Source: Epiperipatus broadwayi
Lineage: Eukaryota > Animalia > Onychophora
DNA: 64,000 nt
Reading direction: 5' to 3'
Assembly (NCBI GenBank): GCA_028023455.1
Contig: JAQFVV010000010.1
Coordinates: 12,834,001 to 12,898,000, forward strand
The translations under genes and the position numbers were made by a program. The notes under the pieces are model-generated. The model did no database searches and had not been told where the DNA came from. It worked only from the letters and a program-made list of their open reading frames with translations. Of the stretch, positions 25,801 to 41,250 are shown in pieces (within the stretch, counting starts at the first letter, position 1; every line of letters starts with the position of its first letter).

Positions 25801-27394
25801 TATGGAATCATTGTGTCATAGAAATTTAATGCATAATAGCCACTTATTTACTAGTCCTTTCTATAACTTTTCTAACTACTTTGATATGATTTAATATAGT
25901 AAAACTATATTTAAATCAAGTTTATTCTTTTGGTTATCAAGAAGAGATATTCATGTGAGATTGTGTTGAATTTATATATTATATTTTTAGAATTTTTTTG
26001 TATTTTATATATCCAGAATTATTTACCTTATGTTCAGATGTTATGTTTATATAAGTTGGAAGATTTCCTGTAGTGAAAATGAATAATGTGGAAATTCATT
26101 ATGCCACTATGGTCAACTTGTACTAATATATTTGTTGCCTTGTAATATATTGTTGAGGTAGTATCATAATACATATTTTTGTTTTGTTTATAACGCATAT
26201 TCATATGTGACTAAAGGTTTGTAGCCATAAATTTCTTTTTATAATGGTATTTGATCATTTGGAAAGTGTTAGTCATACTCTGCATTTATTTGCAATGAAT
26301 CATAAAAAATTATCATTGTTGTCAATATTAAAAACAGCCTTGAGCATATATAAAAAAAATCAAATGTAATATGCTAAGTAGTTGTTAAAAGGTAAATTGT
26401 GGGCTCAGTTTATAACATCTTCCTCTTTAGGACAGTAATGGCTGCATTATATTACAATCATGTTTTTCTTTTAGTTAGTGCATCAACTTTTATCTAATCA
26501 ATCTATTATTATGAATCTTTATTCTCTAGTTAAAATTATCAGATATTTATTTTCTGATAATATATAGACTTGGACTTCCCATACCGTCTTGAAGATATGT
26601 ATATTAACTGATTAAACTGCAGATTTCCAATTCACTCCCAAATGTGATGAGAAGAGAAATGTTAATATGTAAATGTTTTTCTAATAAACCTTCATTCAAA
26701 GATGTCATTACAATGCTAATAATATGTAATTTTGAAATCAGTTTTCTTTTAAAAAATAAATAAATCTAGAAACATTATTAAATGTATTTTGTTGTATGAT
26801 ATTGCATGAGAAATTAATGAATTGTTATACCATGTAACAAATTTTAAAAGTAATATATTTTGTACATAATGAATAAAAATGGAAATAAATTTTTGATCTG
26901 TTTTTAAAAAAGGGTCATTAATAAAAAGTGATAGCTAGAATTAGCAAATCCTCAAGCTGCTGTTTTGATAAAGAAATTTGTCCAATTTTGCAAAGAGACA
27001 GCACATAGAGACATATTTTAAGAAAAGGCATACATAGAATTGCACCATCCCCTTTAATTAGACTATATTTTAAAAGTAAATAAATATTTAAACATAATTT
27101 TTATTAGATTTAAGTGCTCCATTACAAATATAAATAATTACATTTTAAAAAAATCATGAATATTTTTATGGAAAAAAAAAAGTATTAGTATTAATAATAG
27201 AAATATTTTCAATATCTAGAATATATCATTGTGGTTCCTATGTATAATGTGCAAATAAAAAAAAAAAATGGAATTTTTGAAATTTCAGATTAAAATTGAA
27301 TGAAAGAAAATTCACTTTTATGTTAATATTTATGTTTATATTTTAATTCATTCACATTCATACATATATATATATATACTTTTTTTTTTAATAG

Positions 27395-27551
27395 ACGGGA
27401 CTTTTATGCTATTTTGAAAGTTTCAAGAAATGCAAATACCAATCAAATTAAAAAAGCTTACAGAAAACTAGCAAAAGAGTTACATCCAGATAAAAATAAA
27501 GATGACCCTAAAGCCCAAGATAAATTCCAAGAATTAGGGATGGCATATGAG
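27395..27551 (+). CDS. DNAJB11: DNAJB11 exon 2 (J domain, HPD motif)
   Basis: ttttaatag|A CGG GAC TTT...GAG|gtattt; (G)[52 protein letters not shown]; 157 nt. Confidence 0.97.
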
Positions 27552-29581
27552 GTATTTTGTGTGCTTATAATTTTTTAAGTTCTACTAATATTTAGCATTA
27601 AAGGTGCAGGTGTCTGTTTTATAGATATCAAATCATTAACATTTTTATTACTTACTAATTTATATTTCTAATATATATATATATATATATTAAACAAAAA
27701 GGAAAAATATATGAAAAGAAGTTTATCATGGATTTTTTAAAAAACAACTTGAAATCATATAATTAAAAAAACTATTGTTAAAAAGATTTATTATAAAGCC
27801 ATTTTCACAAACTAATATTAAACACTATAAAAAAATCAGTTTTTTTTTTTTTTAATTTTTTATCAGTAAATAAAAAATTAAATAATTTTATAAATAAACT
27901 TTCATTTAGAAAGATATATTTAAACAAAACGATTATTTTGGATAACTTAATATAGGCTTACAAAATTGTCTACATCATAATTATATTCCTATGTAAATAA
28001 GTTCTCATTATAAATCTTAGTTTTTTAAAATTAATAGCATAACATTGAAATAAAATTGAACCTTTTGTAAAGTGTTTTAATTTTATCTTTCTTGCATTAT
28101 CATCAGCAGCAGCATTCATAGGATAAAGCCTTTTCAGTAAATCTCTACATTGATCTAATGTAATTCTTTATTAAGAATGCTTTTCATTTTGTAATATCCA
28201 ATTGAACATTATGGAATCCATCCCATTGGGTGTTGTGCTCAGGCTTGGCAAATTCCACAGGTAATGGATAATGGAATGTTCTTCAGATATGGTCAACTGT
28301 GAATAATAAATAAACAGTGCTCACTTAAGAATACTTTCTACTGTTTTGTATATTAGGATATTGGTTTATTAAAGATTAGATGCTGTTTCTTATACATACA
28401 GTAAGTTCTGTTTCTCTTTTCTTTCAGTCATTTAAGTTAGTATAGGGCCTATTCATCATGAGTCCTTCATGCTATCAATCTTCTCTCTATACTAACTGTA
28501 ACAATGGGATTGTGTGTTTATGCAAGCACATTTTCTTTCTTTAACTACATGTGCAACCTTCTTGATTTCGATGCCTTCTTTTTTTCTTAGTTCAAGCCTT
28601 CAAGAATCAAGAAAGCAATCATGGGGACAGATTTAGTAGAGGGGAGTCCTTAGTTATGATTTTTTGTTTGAGGCACTATAATCATTAATAAGTTTGTTTG
28701 CAACTTGATTTGATACAGGGGTTCCTGCTATAAAAAGATTGTAGATTTAGGCTGTGCTATTTAGAAATTTTCTGCTCTACCAAGGAAATGAAAGGAACCT
28801 AAAAATGTGGTCTTAAATTAGTCTGATTATGTTGTCATATCAAACGGATTACTCATTACTGTGATAGAAATAATATTAATATCAGTAACAGTGGTAAAGC
28901 AGGAAACTAGTGCTACTAAAGTAAGTATTATGTCTAATTTTTTCCTTAAATTATAGATATATGAATGTTTCAACTTAGTACAAACTCTTCAAGATCCAAA
29001 CAGAGAACTGCACTAATAACCAAGTAGATATCTAGATTTAAGATGATATAACTGCTTCCAGAAGAAGGAAGTTTAATAGAACACGTGATTGTTATATTTT
29101 TTTGTAATGGCAGATCAGTTAGTGAAAGGAGAATACATGGTATTGGATTTAAAGTCCAATTTAATATCTTTTATTATTGGAATTCCTCATTATATCATTG
29201 GAAGGTTAATGGTATTTAAAATTTGCCTCGCATAATGGTACACCAGTACTCATTTTATTAGTATCTGTGTTTCAATCTTAAATAGTGATAATTTGGAGAA
29301 AGCTTTTACTTCTTACTGGATAGCATTATTACAGCAATATTATTAAATAATGATTTTTTTTTTTGGAGATTTTAAAGTGTGTGTTGGTACAAATCGTAGT
29401 CTTTGGCCAAAAGTTATTGGAAATAATGGCATTGGTACTATAAATTAAAATTGTTTGTAATTATTAAATTTTGCACAACACATGGATTGATTTTCACAAG
29501 TGCTTTTAAAATCACTATAAAGAAATTAGATTTATTCACTCTCAAAACAATGGTATTTAATAGATTATATTATAGTAGTTA

Positions 29582-30143
29582 ATACAGATGGAAACATAAT
29601 GGAGGAAATTAATCATAGAATTAAACTTGGTTGGAGTGCTTTTGGTAGAAATAACTTGATACTAAAAGGAAATATGCCTATGTGTTTGAAAAGGATGGTT
29701 TTTAACAAATGTGTTTTACCAGTTCTGACTTGTGGATCTGAGACTTCGACACTTAATAGAAGAGCAATACAGAGACTTCAGACCACTCAAAGGAGTATGG
29801 AGAGATGTATGTTGGGAGGAACAAGAAGAGATCGAAAACGCAATGTATGGGTAAGACAACAAACAGGTGTTACTGACCTTATTGAAAAAATTAAAAGATT
29901 GAAATGGAGTTGGGCTGGACATATTGTTAGAAGAGATGATAATAGATGGACAATTGAAATTTTAAACTGGATTCCAAGAGATTGTAAAAGACCCAGAAAG
30001 AGACCACATGTGAGATGGATGGATGAAATAAGAAAATGTGCAGGGGTGTTGTGGAGAAGAGAAGCTAAAGATCGGAGAAGATGGATTAAACTTGGAGAGA
30101 CCTTCATCCTGCAGTGGATTGATAATGGCTGATGATGATGATG
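29582..30143 (+). mobile_element. 5'-truncated RTE-clade LINE with 13-bp TSD
   Basis: 177-aa ORF RIKLGWSAFG..CGSET..LKWSWAGH..RPHVRWMD, a (GAT)n tail, and ATTATAGTAGTTA duplicated at 29569-29581 and 30144-30156. Confidence 0.93.
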
Positions 30144-31302
30144 ATTATAGTAGTTATACATCAGAATATAAGAGTTCTTAGCACATGAACACTTATAAGT
30201 GCAGATTGTTGGACAGATCATAGATTATTATGTTCCAAAATTGAAATGATAGATACATTAAAAACTAGATATTCTTCTAATCATATTTACAAGAAAATTG
30301 ATAATCATTCTTTAGAATATTAAATACTAAAATGACTAATTTGGATTTCATGATTGCCATATTACTGAAGCATGGAATTCTTAAGAAATTTGCTATAGAT
30401 ACAACTAAATCTATTCTTGGTTTCACTAAAAAGAAAAGCTCTTATCTGGTTTTATTATTAGTAATTTAATTAAAATGGAAATATGATATTTTTTGCTTGG
30501 CAATATAATAAATTAACTGTGAAATGCCCCAAAAACTCAACAATTTGAAAAACAATATGTGTATTTTTTGTGACATGTATTTCGATGGCTTTGAATCAAA
30601 ATCAATGAAAAGAAACAATATTTATAATATTTTGTTTACAATACATATTGTTTTCATAAAAACATATACACACACATGTAAAATATCAAAAGCTAAACTA
30701 GTCTATAAAAATTAACAAATTCATAATTAAAAAATTAAAATTTCATAATCAGTTAATTTCACTGGTAAGGCAGACATCTCAATTATAAAGAAACACAAAC
30801 ACAGTTCAAATATATATTAAATAAATGACCTATAGTTATCAATTACATTCCAATTATCTTTAATAACAAAAGAAGTCTTAAACAGTTAATTAACTATTAA
30901 CTTATTTATGAGTTCTTTTGATAGCAAAAATCATTGGAATGTAATTGATAATTATGAAAAATTTATTTAAAATATATTTGTGTTGTATTAGTGTTTGAGA
31001 AATCTTTATTGTCAATAAAACCAATTGGTTGTGAAATTTTAATATATTTATACATATACATTAGTATCATGCAGTGAGATTAGAGAGAGAGAGAGGAAGC
31101 ATTTCAAAATACAAACTGAAGCAAACAATTTAAATAACAGTATCATTTTTAGATGATTTCTAAATTGCTAACATATTTTCATTATCATGGGATAGAAAAA
31201 AAAGACTTGTATTAAGACATTTTATAGAATTTTTTTAAAAATATATTTGGGATTATATTTATAATGGGATTGAAATTTAAATGTACTATTCTTAACTTTT
31301 AG

Positions 31303-31394
31303 GTGCTTTCTGATGAAGAAAAGCGGAAAAAATATGATAAATATGGTGAAGAAGGATTAAAGAATTCTGATATGAGTGGAGATCCATTTTCAAG
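31303..31394 (+). CDS. DNAJB11: DNAJB11 exon 3 (end of J domain)
   Basis: ttttag|GTG...AG|gttagt; VLSDEEKRKKYDKYGEEGLKNSDMSGDPFS; 92 nt. Confidence 0.96.
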
Positions 31395-34286
31395 GTTAGT
31401 ATATAAGTATTCATGGATTTTTACAAAATACTAATTGTATGTGTAATATTTTATATTAACTAGTTAACTTTAAATTTATTCTGACTTTTAAAATATAAGG
31501 AGATAAGGGACAATATTAAATGAATTTATTGAATAATGAATATTGCTTTAATTTGATATGTGTATGTTAGGTTAACCATTATTCATTATATTTCAAAGTT
31601 AAATAGCAGTTTTAGTTGTTAAATTTTGGAGAAAGTAAAGTTGCAGCAGTTAAAATATTTCATTAGTTGCCAAGGTATTATATGAATATTTGTAATTTTT
31701 TATTTTGAAAAATACATTTTTATTATAACGATTAAAAAAAAAAGTAATATAGTTTTATTGTAAATTTTTTATTCAAATCTTACTTGTTAAATTTAGAAAT
31801 TAGGGAAAGAAGTGGAAGATAAGGCTATAAAAGTTATCCAAAGTATTTCATTAACATCTTAGGTCTGTAAAGAATAACACATTTTTATAAAAAGACATAC
31901 TCTTTTTTTTCTTTCCAGTAAAAAAAATAGAATTTTTTGGTATTTTTTCATATTCATTCAAAATTATTGATTAATTATAAAGTAATTTTTGTTTAATCTT
32001 AAAATTATTACTGCTCAGTATTTTATAAAATGAAGTTTGCATATTATAAAATTATTTATTTTTAATTACTAAATATTTTTAAAAAACGAATATTCAAATT
32101 AATAAAATTTTGGAAAATAATCTAGTGTTTGAAAGGTGGGGGTATAAATAATATTACAAAAATAAAAAATAATTGCATATTTCTTTTATTACAAAATACT
32201 ACCTTGTAATAAAAATTTTAAAAAATTTATCAAAAGTATTTAAAAGTCTGTATTACTTTATATTTGAGAAATTTAAAGTTTAATTAATATTAATTACAAC
32301 AAACATGTTTGGTTATATTAATTAATAAGCATACTATTTGAATAATTCTTTTTGAAATCTCATCTTAATCACATATAAGATAGAATTTGCTGAATTTTTT
32401 TGAATAAAGAAATAACAGATCTTATTAAACCTTTTTATATTACCTTCTGTTTAGATACTGCCTTAAATTATTTAAAAAAAACTATAAAATTTTTGAATTC
32501 TGCTTTATAATTGGGTTTTATTTTACAATAATAATCACATAAATATAATGTGCAGTGTCACAAATAATTATAATTATATTGATAAAATAATGAAAAAAAT
32601 GATAATAAATGTAATGTTCATAATGAGGTCTTATTTGCTTTAGCAGTTCTTCCTTTTTTGGATTTACTTGTTTATAAGAATATTTTTATCTTTAAGGAGC
32701 TCAACAATTATATTTTAATAAAATAACCAAATGCATGACAATCAATGTCAGAAAATTTTATTATTGAAACAGTTTTATAAGAAATTCTTTTTTTTTTTGT
32801 TTTAATTATATTCTTAGAGTGGTGTTTTATATATCATATAACCATTAAATTATTTTTAGTTTAAAAATTTTTTTGTTTAATTTATTGATATGATTGGTCT
32901 CATAATTCTAATAATTTTGAAGATTCACATATAAAAATTTTTAAATCATTTTTATAATTAATAGACCAAGTTTTTATCCAGTCACGTTTACATTTTAAAA
33001 AATTGAGATAATGATTTGTGTTCTCTGCGAGTGTGATCATTCTTTATTCTTCTATTCCATGATTCTTAAACAATTGTTTATACTTAATATCTAGAGAAGC
33101 ATTTTTATAATAGTTTTTTCTTAAATAAATCCACTCATTATAATAATTTGGGAAATCATTATATGTTGACCATTTTTTAAAGAAACATTTAATATGCCAT
33201 ATTAAATATCTATGTTGCATTACATCCTTGTAACATTTCAATATCTATCAACATTTTTTTATGACATTCTTTTGTTATTAATTATTATATTTTCTATATT
33301 ACATTTCTTACATGATTAATGCATGACACTAATACAGTCATTGCCAAAAAATAATTTTAAAAATATCATCACAATTCAAAATTTTTATATTAAAAACTCC
33401 AGTTTTTTTTAATATATATAAAAACAAAATCTTCAATTTTTTCTATAAAATAGACCATATTTTAAAAACATGAAATATCTATCTTAATCAGAAATGTCAA
33501 TAATAAAACAGGATATTCCTGTCAAATTATTTTATAAATTGCATTATAATAATTTTTAACAAAATAAGTACATTATAGTTTAACTGATTATACATGTGGA
33601 GTATAAATAAATTATTTTGATTGAATTTTACTCAACATTTATTTATTTATTTTTTGTTGTTGTAAAAGTGCTAAGATTTGGACTAAATTAGATAGAAATA
33701 AATTATATATATATTTGCACATGATTTAAGAATAGTTAATTATAGTCTTTAAAAAAAAAAGAAAAAATAAATAAATTAATAATTTGATAAAAAAAGCAAA
33801 TTTTTAGAAATTTTTGAACGCAAAGCAGATCACAATTATCTAAACTTAGCAGGATTAATTTTATTTTTTTTTAACATCATAAAGTATTGAAGCTTTTTTA
33901 AACACAACTTTGTAAATGGAAAAGATGAAGCCAAAAATTTTATCTTTTATATATATATATAAAATCAAATATATTACAGATCTTTACCAAGATTGATTTT
34001 ATATAATAAAGATGCAAAATATTAAGTATTTCTCTATCCACAGGATTTAAATTCGGTATTAGGCAAGGAATAATAGAGAAGTTTATATTTAATATTAAAT
34101 CTTTGTTTTGATTGGTAATTTATTATGATAATATAAAAAATATTTTTAATAATAAGAATCTGAATAGATTACTATGACTTTATTGAGACCTACTTTGAAA
34201 TAATTTTTTTGTTTTGTTATAAGAATTTTATTTAAAAAAATTATGTAAGTGGAAAGCAATTTAAATTGCTTTTTCACACTCTTTAT

Positions 34287-35598
34287 TGTAATGATCAGAA
34301 AGTATAGTTCCTTTAACCCGACCCAGAGTCATAGGTAAAGGGGGTTCGAACTTCACTGATCTCTCTAGATCATAACTAAGCAACTCACTCCCTTAACCTT
34401 AAATAGAGACAAGAATCTTAGGAATCCTCGTATGTGATGAGCAGATTTAAACATAAAATACTGGACATCTACAAATTTGTTACTATTATAAATTATAGTT
34501 TATCATTAGTATAAGAACGTCTATATTTCATTTAAGGTAATTATTTACAAATAACTTGAGAAAGTACCCATGTATGTACATAAGATTCAGTTGTAACTTA
34601 CAATTTTTTGAAATAAAAGAAAACAAAACATTTGATTTACATTATTAAACACAGAGATGAATTTGACTTGGTAGAGAGGAAGTGCGGAAATCGATCTATG
34701 GTGCGAGAACATGGTAAAGTTAATAATGTCTTAATTAGCTAAACAAGCTGGAGGCCGAATTAAACATAGCTTTAATTATGCAAATAAATATATAACCCTA
34801 ACGAATTCATAAACAAAAAGAGTAAGATTCAATGTGGTTCTCAGTGATCATATATATATTTAAATGCATGTATCTAAAATGTAGTAAAATCATCATTTCT
34901 CCAATTTCATTAATGGATAGCTACTTCCCTTCTAATTGATTATTAGAGAAAGGCACCCATTCACCTAAGCGTGACTCAGGTTCAGGAACGAAGTGTCTGG
35001 TTAGCTGAGTGCCCATTTCTCCTCACTGCCCTTTAACAGGATTCACTATTCCAAGCAACTGATATATCCAGTTTTCACGAGCTGGTCGGATGAAGTAATT
35101 TGGAAAAGCAATAAAAGAATGTAGAGACAAATACAATTACCAAGTAATTCAGTATTGTACTGTCAAACGTCTATAAATATTAAAGCCTTATTAACATTAA
35201 TATATAGATATAGGATCTTATGTTATTATGCTAGAAAATCCATTATACAATAATAAAAACCCCTTTCTTTTGAAGTCGTTGAATTAACTTATATGCGGGT
35301 ATTATATTAGCATTTTATTTGATGCATGATTAATCAAGAATTATCGTTATTTAACTAATTTATCGCACATAGATTTGATGAATATTGCATATATAAATAT
35401 GTGAAAAATATTGCTCTGTACCCCTCTATTACAAAATATTAAAATAACAGACATATAACACGTCTTCCAATATGTAATTATGTAATTAGAATATCTGATT
35501 TAAATATACATATAGAAATAACAATTGCGAGGTACTTTTCTAAAAAAGAAGTCAATAAATTAAATAGATGCATATATATATGATTAAACGTAATCACA
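34287..35598. mobile_element. Possible solo LTR (~1.3 kb)
   Basis: CpG-richer block starting TGTAATGATC and ending CGTAATCACA. The flanks TTAT/TAAT match only 3/4, so the boundaries are uncertain. Confidence 0.3.
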
Positions 35599-35842
35599 TA
35601 ATGAACCTAGAGTTTAGCTAAATAATTAAATGACAATATACTCTTTCTCTTTTAAAAAAGTTTAATAAAAAAACAACTGCTGGAGAAGGTGGATGGAAAT
35701 CTTTTAAAATCAGAATAACTTTTACAAATTATTTAGAAAAGATTTTCGCCTCATATAGTAGATTGAGAGAAATAAAAAAAAAAAAGAGGTTTTAACTTAT
35801 TTAAATTTTACCATCCAGCTTCTGATTTATATATATATATAC

Positions 35843-36422
35843 TATAGGGAGCATACCAATAGGTCAAACAAACTCTTATTGATAAGTGCGGTAAGAGAAA
35901 GATATTTAAAATCTCTATCTAGAATATTCCTACCCCCAGATCAATTGGTTTCGAGTTTTTGGCTCACCTAGTGAGAAGCTAGAACATTCAGACACTAGAT
36001 CTAAAATATCAACTCAAAACCCAGCACTTATTTAATACATAACATTTAAGTAGAAAATCTGAAAGACATGAAAAGGTCTTTAATGCTAGCTATCTAACTT
36101 AAATAGCTATTTGGGACTGAACCAAATTCTGATCTACCATATATTAATAGCCTTAGCATTGCAAAAGCCTCAAAGGCAAAATTATAATAATCAATAAAGC
36201 AAGTCATATATTGTGTGACATTGCTTATATAAGCTTATATTTACATATATGTAATATAGGCAGATAGGAATATTCTAGATAGAGATTTTAAATATCTCTT
36301 ACCGCACTTATCAATAAGGTCTTGTTTGAGCTATTGGTACATTCCCTATATTACACATTTGTAAATACTAGCTTATAAAAGCAATGTCACACAATATATG
36401 ACTTGTTTTATTGATGATTATA
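35843..36422. repeat. Nested/permuted inverted repeats
   Basis: A (35843-35932) pairs with 36265-36350, and B (36184-36260) pairs with 36345-36422. Confidence 0.85.
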
Positions 36423-38444
36423 TATATATATTCCACATTACCAATGAAATGATAAATAAACAAACTTGTTTATTTTGTAGGTACGCTAACGATTTATAAA
36501 TATATATATAACAAAAAAAAAAAAATAATTGATTGTTAGAATACATATGGTAAAATCAGTTAATATATATATATAATGCTGACTTTAATGCTGCATTACT
36601 GATAGAATTAGCCAGAACAGTAATAATAAAAAAAAAAGACAGATAAAAGTTACCAGTACTAAGAAGCGCTTATATATGGATTTTGCTTTATAAGGGTGGT
36701 AAATTAAGAGTTCATTTTAGAGGCCTCATGATGCTGTCACTCCTTGATTGCGGTTAAGGTCTACATCACAGATGTTTGTGCTCAGGTTTCCATCTAGATA
36801 GGTCTTTCTGGCAGCAAAGGTAGGTAGTTATCAGGCATTGTTCTTAGGTCTTCTGCTGAACTTCATTTCTAGGATACCCTTCCGAGGACCAATTCTGGGA
36901 AAGCGGAGAAACTTCTCTATTCACACATAACTGAGATTTACATAGCTGTTAGATGACGCTCAAGATTTTAGAACAAGAAAATTATGATTGATTAGAACAA
37001 AAAATAATTTTAGTATTTATACCGTTTTATCTTTTTTCTTTCCATTAATTAATTAATTGAAGTCTACCAATGCTTCCATTGTTTACTATTTCTTAAAAGC
37101 ATCATATGATTTTATACTATTGTTAACCAAATGATTTTATATTACATCATTTTTCTTTAATGGATCTTAAATTAAATTTTTACTTAATCTATTTTGATAT
37201 TATATAAAATGCATTAACTAACATCTTATTTGCTGATGCAATAATTTTTTATTTATTTTACTTTAAACTTTTTTTTTTTAATTTCTAAATTATGTACATT
37301 TAGATTTCATTAATAATTTTAACCCATTATCTAGATATATATTTCATTAATCATTTATTTTAATATTCATTTACTGTTATTGGCTTTATGGCCTGTGGTT
37401 AAATAAACAATGAATGGTGAAGCACATATAAATGTGGCTATATATATGTACAGCTTCATATATATATATATATATTAATAATAATAATTGTAAAATTAGT
37501 TGCTCAGGAGATCAAGAACATTTATTCATTTGATAAAACAGATTTTTTTAAACATTTTATTCAGCTGATAATCAATTCAGAATCTTTTAGATCTTAAGTT
37601 GACTGAAAAAATTCATACAGGAAAACACTTCTTTACTGTCTGTGAACTCAGTATTATGTGCATTTACTATTTAAAATTGAGACTTGTTTTTTTTTTTTTG
37701 TATTCTTTAATTTTTATGCTGCTTAATAAAAAAATATGATTAGATATAATATCAATATAAGTTTGTTGCTTATCTGGAATTATTTAACAAATTAAAATTA
37801 TTAAAATTAAGTTATTTAAAAATGAGGTAATTTTTACATTGTCATATTGGGATACTGAAGTATTTGTACAATCCAACTTTTTATATAGTTTCCTATGCTG
37901 TATGAATATTGTGAATATATTGTTAATTCTTTGCTTGAAACAGATGTAGTTAACAAAAAAATATATACCATGGCCAATCAATAAAGAAAGAAGTCAATTT
38001 ATAAGCATTTATTAAAAGATAATTGAAAGAGATATGAAAGATACCCATATGATAGAACAAAATGGGAAAATGTCATTTGGCCCTATGTAATTTTTAAAAA
38101 ACAGAGGGTTAAAAATCTCTTTCTCCTATAAATAACATTCATACTATAATCAAATTAAGGTTTCTGTTATTTATTTCTGTTGTTATATTTTCATATGTTT
38201 AATTTTATTTCCCTTATTATTAGCTTATTCTGCTTTTGGTTAGCTAGACATATTCACATCACATTTTATAAAATATATTATAGTATATTTTTTTATTTTC
38301 TGAATTTAATTGGAAATAAGATTGTTATTACACTTTTTTGGAAGTTTTTGTTATTTATTAAAAAAAAAATCTCAGTATATGTAATGGATGTAGTGGTTTT
38401 TTTTTTTAATTAATAAAAGTGAAAACTATAAATATTTTCTTTAG

Positions 38445-38571
38445 TTTTTTTGGAGACTTTTCTTTTTTTGGTGGAGGTCATCAGGAACAAAGAGAAACTC
38501 CCAAGGGTGCTGATGTTATTGTAGATTTTATGGTCACATTAGAAGAATTGTACACTGGTAACTTTGTTGAA
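38445..38571 (+). CDS. DNAJB11: DNAJB11 exon 4 (G/F region, start of substrate-binding domain)
   Basis: ttctttag|T TTT...GAA|gtaagt; (S)[42 protein letters not shown]; 127 nt. Confidence 0.96.
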
Positions 38572-39364
38572 GTAAGTTGATCTATAGAAAAATGAATATA
38601 TATATAAATAATTTATAAATTCATTATTGAGATAAATTTATACATTTTGATAATTATTGTGCACTATAATTTTCGATCATTACTAGATATGTTTTTAATC
38701 TGCATTTTAATCAATTTTTTGTTGATATAATTTATGTACTAAAAATCATTATGAATAAGAACCTTCAAATTTTTATTTATTAAACCACACTTTTTTTATA
38801 TTGTCAAAATGTTAAATGAATAATGATTTTTTTGTTTGTTTATTTTTTATAACTAATAATATTAGATAGTTGTAAGATATTCTGCCATTGTAATAGCAGA
38901 TTGAGCACAGCAGCTTTTTTTATTAGCGAATTGAATTTTTTTTTTTTATATGACTCAATTGAGAATCGATTCAGAAATGGCCTGATTTTTGAGCTTACCA
39001 CAAATAATAAACTGCATAGGCCATGTTATTTATGTTATTATTATTTGTTATTATTATAATTTAACATTTATATATTAGTGAAGTTGTATACTATTCAATT
39101 TGATATTGTAATGTATTTTCATTCACTTTAAATATTTTATGGGTTGTGTATATAATGAAATGGTAAATGCTTTGTATGTGCATGTATATATGTATTGAGA
39201 TACTCCAATCTATCTGCCTATAATATTATTTACTCATTAAATAATTGAAGTGTAATATTAAGTTGACATATGTAATATTATTTATCTGAAGGTTTGTAAT
39301 GATGGTATATTATTAGATGTGATATGTTGGACTCATAGATGATGGAAATAGTCCAATATATCAC

Positions 39365-39700
39365 ATCTGACATATGTAATATATATGATAATACACAAAA
39401 TAAAATTTGAGAACTTTTTAAAATACTTTATTACTTACAATTTTTTTTTTTTTTTTAAAAAGAAAAAAATAAATGATTTAGATTTTTTTTTTTGATTTTA
39501 AATTGTGTTAATCTAAAAACACAATTAGTTTGTTCAAATTAATTGATTTTGAAACTTTATTTTGAATTGCATTTTTTTTTGTTCATTCCTAAACTATAAT
39601 TGATTTCTAAAGTTAATTACAAAAAAATTGAAAATTTGTTTTGAAAAAAGAGAAATCTTTTTTGTTATTGTAAAGTTAATTAATGTTGTTTATCAAATTT
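39365..39700 (+). repeat. AT-rich dispersed repeat; second copy at ~43058-43380
   Basis: Shared blocks ATATATGATAATACACAAAA, TTAATTGATTTTGAAACTTT, TTGATTTCTAAA and GAGAAATCT in the same order. Confidence 0.7.
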
Positions 39701-40129
39701 TCTGAGTATATCTCGATAGAGATGTTGATTTTTTTTGATATCAAATCAATTATTTTTTTTGTTATTGAAAGTATTTTATATTTTCAGTATTATTAGTTAT
39801 AATTTGTTCAATAAAAGTATTGAAAGTAAAACTTAAGAAGTCCATCAACCATAGAAGTAAAAACATGGGAAGAATAGTAATTTCTGTTGCCTATGCTCAT
39901 GCAATGATAGCTAAGATAATCATTTGCTCTCCAGCTTGGATAAGTGACCAAAGGAAATCGTCTATCAAATCAAATCTCAAGCAGAAAATTACAGCTGCAT
40001 GGAAGCTTATCTAAACACAAACTACTAGCTTGGAAAGGTCCACTGAAAATTATATCTCCAGCACATGAAAGTTGCTTAAAATGTCTAAGGACTTTTTCAA
40101 CAAGTTGTGATAAGCTGCTAGAGAATTCT

Positions 40130-41250
40130 CATATCATTCATTATTTTCAGTAATTATCATTCCACAACAGGATAAAAATCTCTTCAAGTTTAATCCAGTC
40201 TTTCCAATCTCCACATCATGTCAGCAAATTTCCTTATTTCACCCATTCATCTCACATATTGGTTTTTTTCTAGGTCTTTTATAATTTCTTGGGTTCCTAT
40301 TTAAGATTCCAACCATTCACCTATTATTATCTCTTCTAGTAATATGTCTAGCCCAACTTAACTTTAATCTTTTAATTCTTTCACTAATGTCTGTTTGTTT
40401 TCTTACCCATGTATTTCAATTTTGAACTTCTCTTGTTATTCTTACATACATCCCCATGTGTTGCATTTCTATTAAATGTCTAACTCTCAGAGCCATAAAT
40501 AAAACTAGTCAAGCACATTTATTAAAAAGATTTTCAAACATATAAACATATTTTCTATTAATATTTAGGTATTTCTGCCAAAAGCATTCAATCCAAGTTT
40601 TATTAATTCTATAATTAATTTCATCCATTATGTTATCAATCTATATTAATAATCTGACGGACATATTTGTAGTTGTTAATTTTTTCTAATTCACCATTAT
40701 TTTCTTCTACTTTCATCAGATAACTCTTGCAACATTTCTTGAATCTGAAGCATTATTTCAAAAATAATATCTGCAAAATCTAGACAATTTAAATAATTTC
40801 CATTTATTTTTATCCCTTAGCTTCCCATTTTAATTTACAAAATTCTTGTAAAAGTACTGTAAAAAGTTTTGGAGATATGGAATTACTCTGTCGTACACCC
40901 TTGTCAATATTAATTTTCTTATAATTACTATTTAATCTAATCAGTGCTGTTGCAAAAAGATAAATCCTTCTTCAGAATGACAATATCCTGGTTCTATATC
41001 TTATTGATTCAAAGCTTTAATACTGTAGAAATACTTATAGAATCAAATGCCGTTATAAAATCTACAAATCCACAGTATAATGGCAACTCATATCTATTGA
41101 TGTTTTTTAGTAATTTCACTCAATATTTGGATGTTCTAAAACCATTTTTAAATCCAGCTTGTTCTTTTGGTTGGTTAAAATCCAAAGTTTGCTGTAGACA
41201 AGTTTAATTATTTTGGCAAAAATTTTATATAGTACTAGTCTTAAGAGTGG
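40130..41250 (-). mobile_element. Decayed RTE-clade LINE (same family as 29582)
   Basis: - strand remnants LDFNQPKEQAGF, FVDFITAFDS, GVRQSNSISPKLFT and a FAD(D) motif, with the family's 3' end near 40140. Confidence 0.85.
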
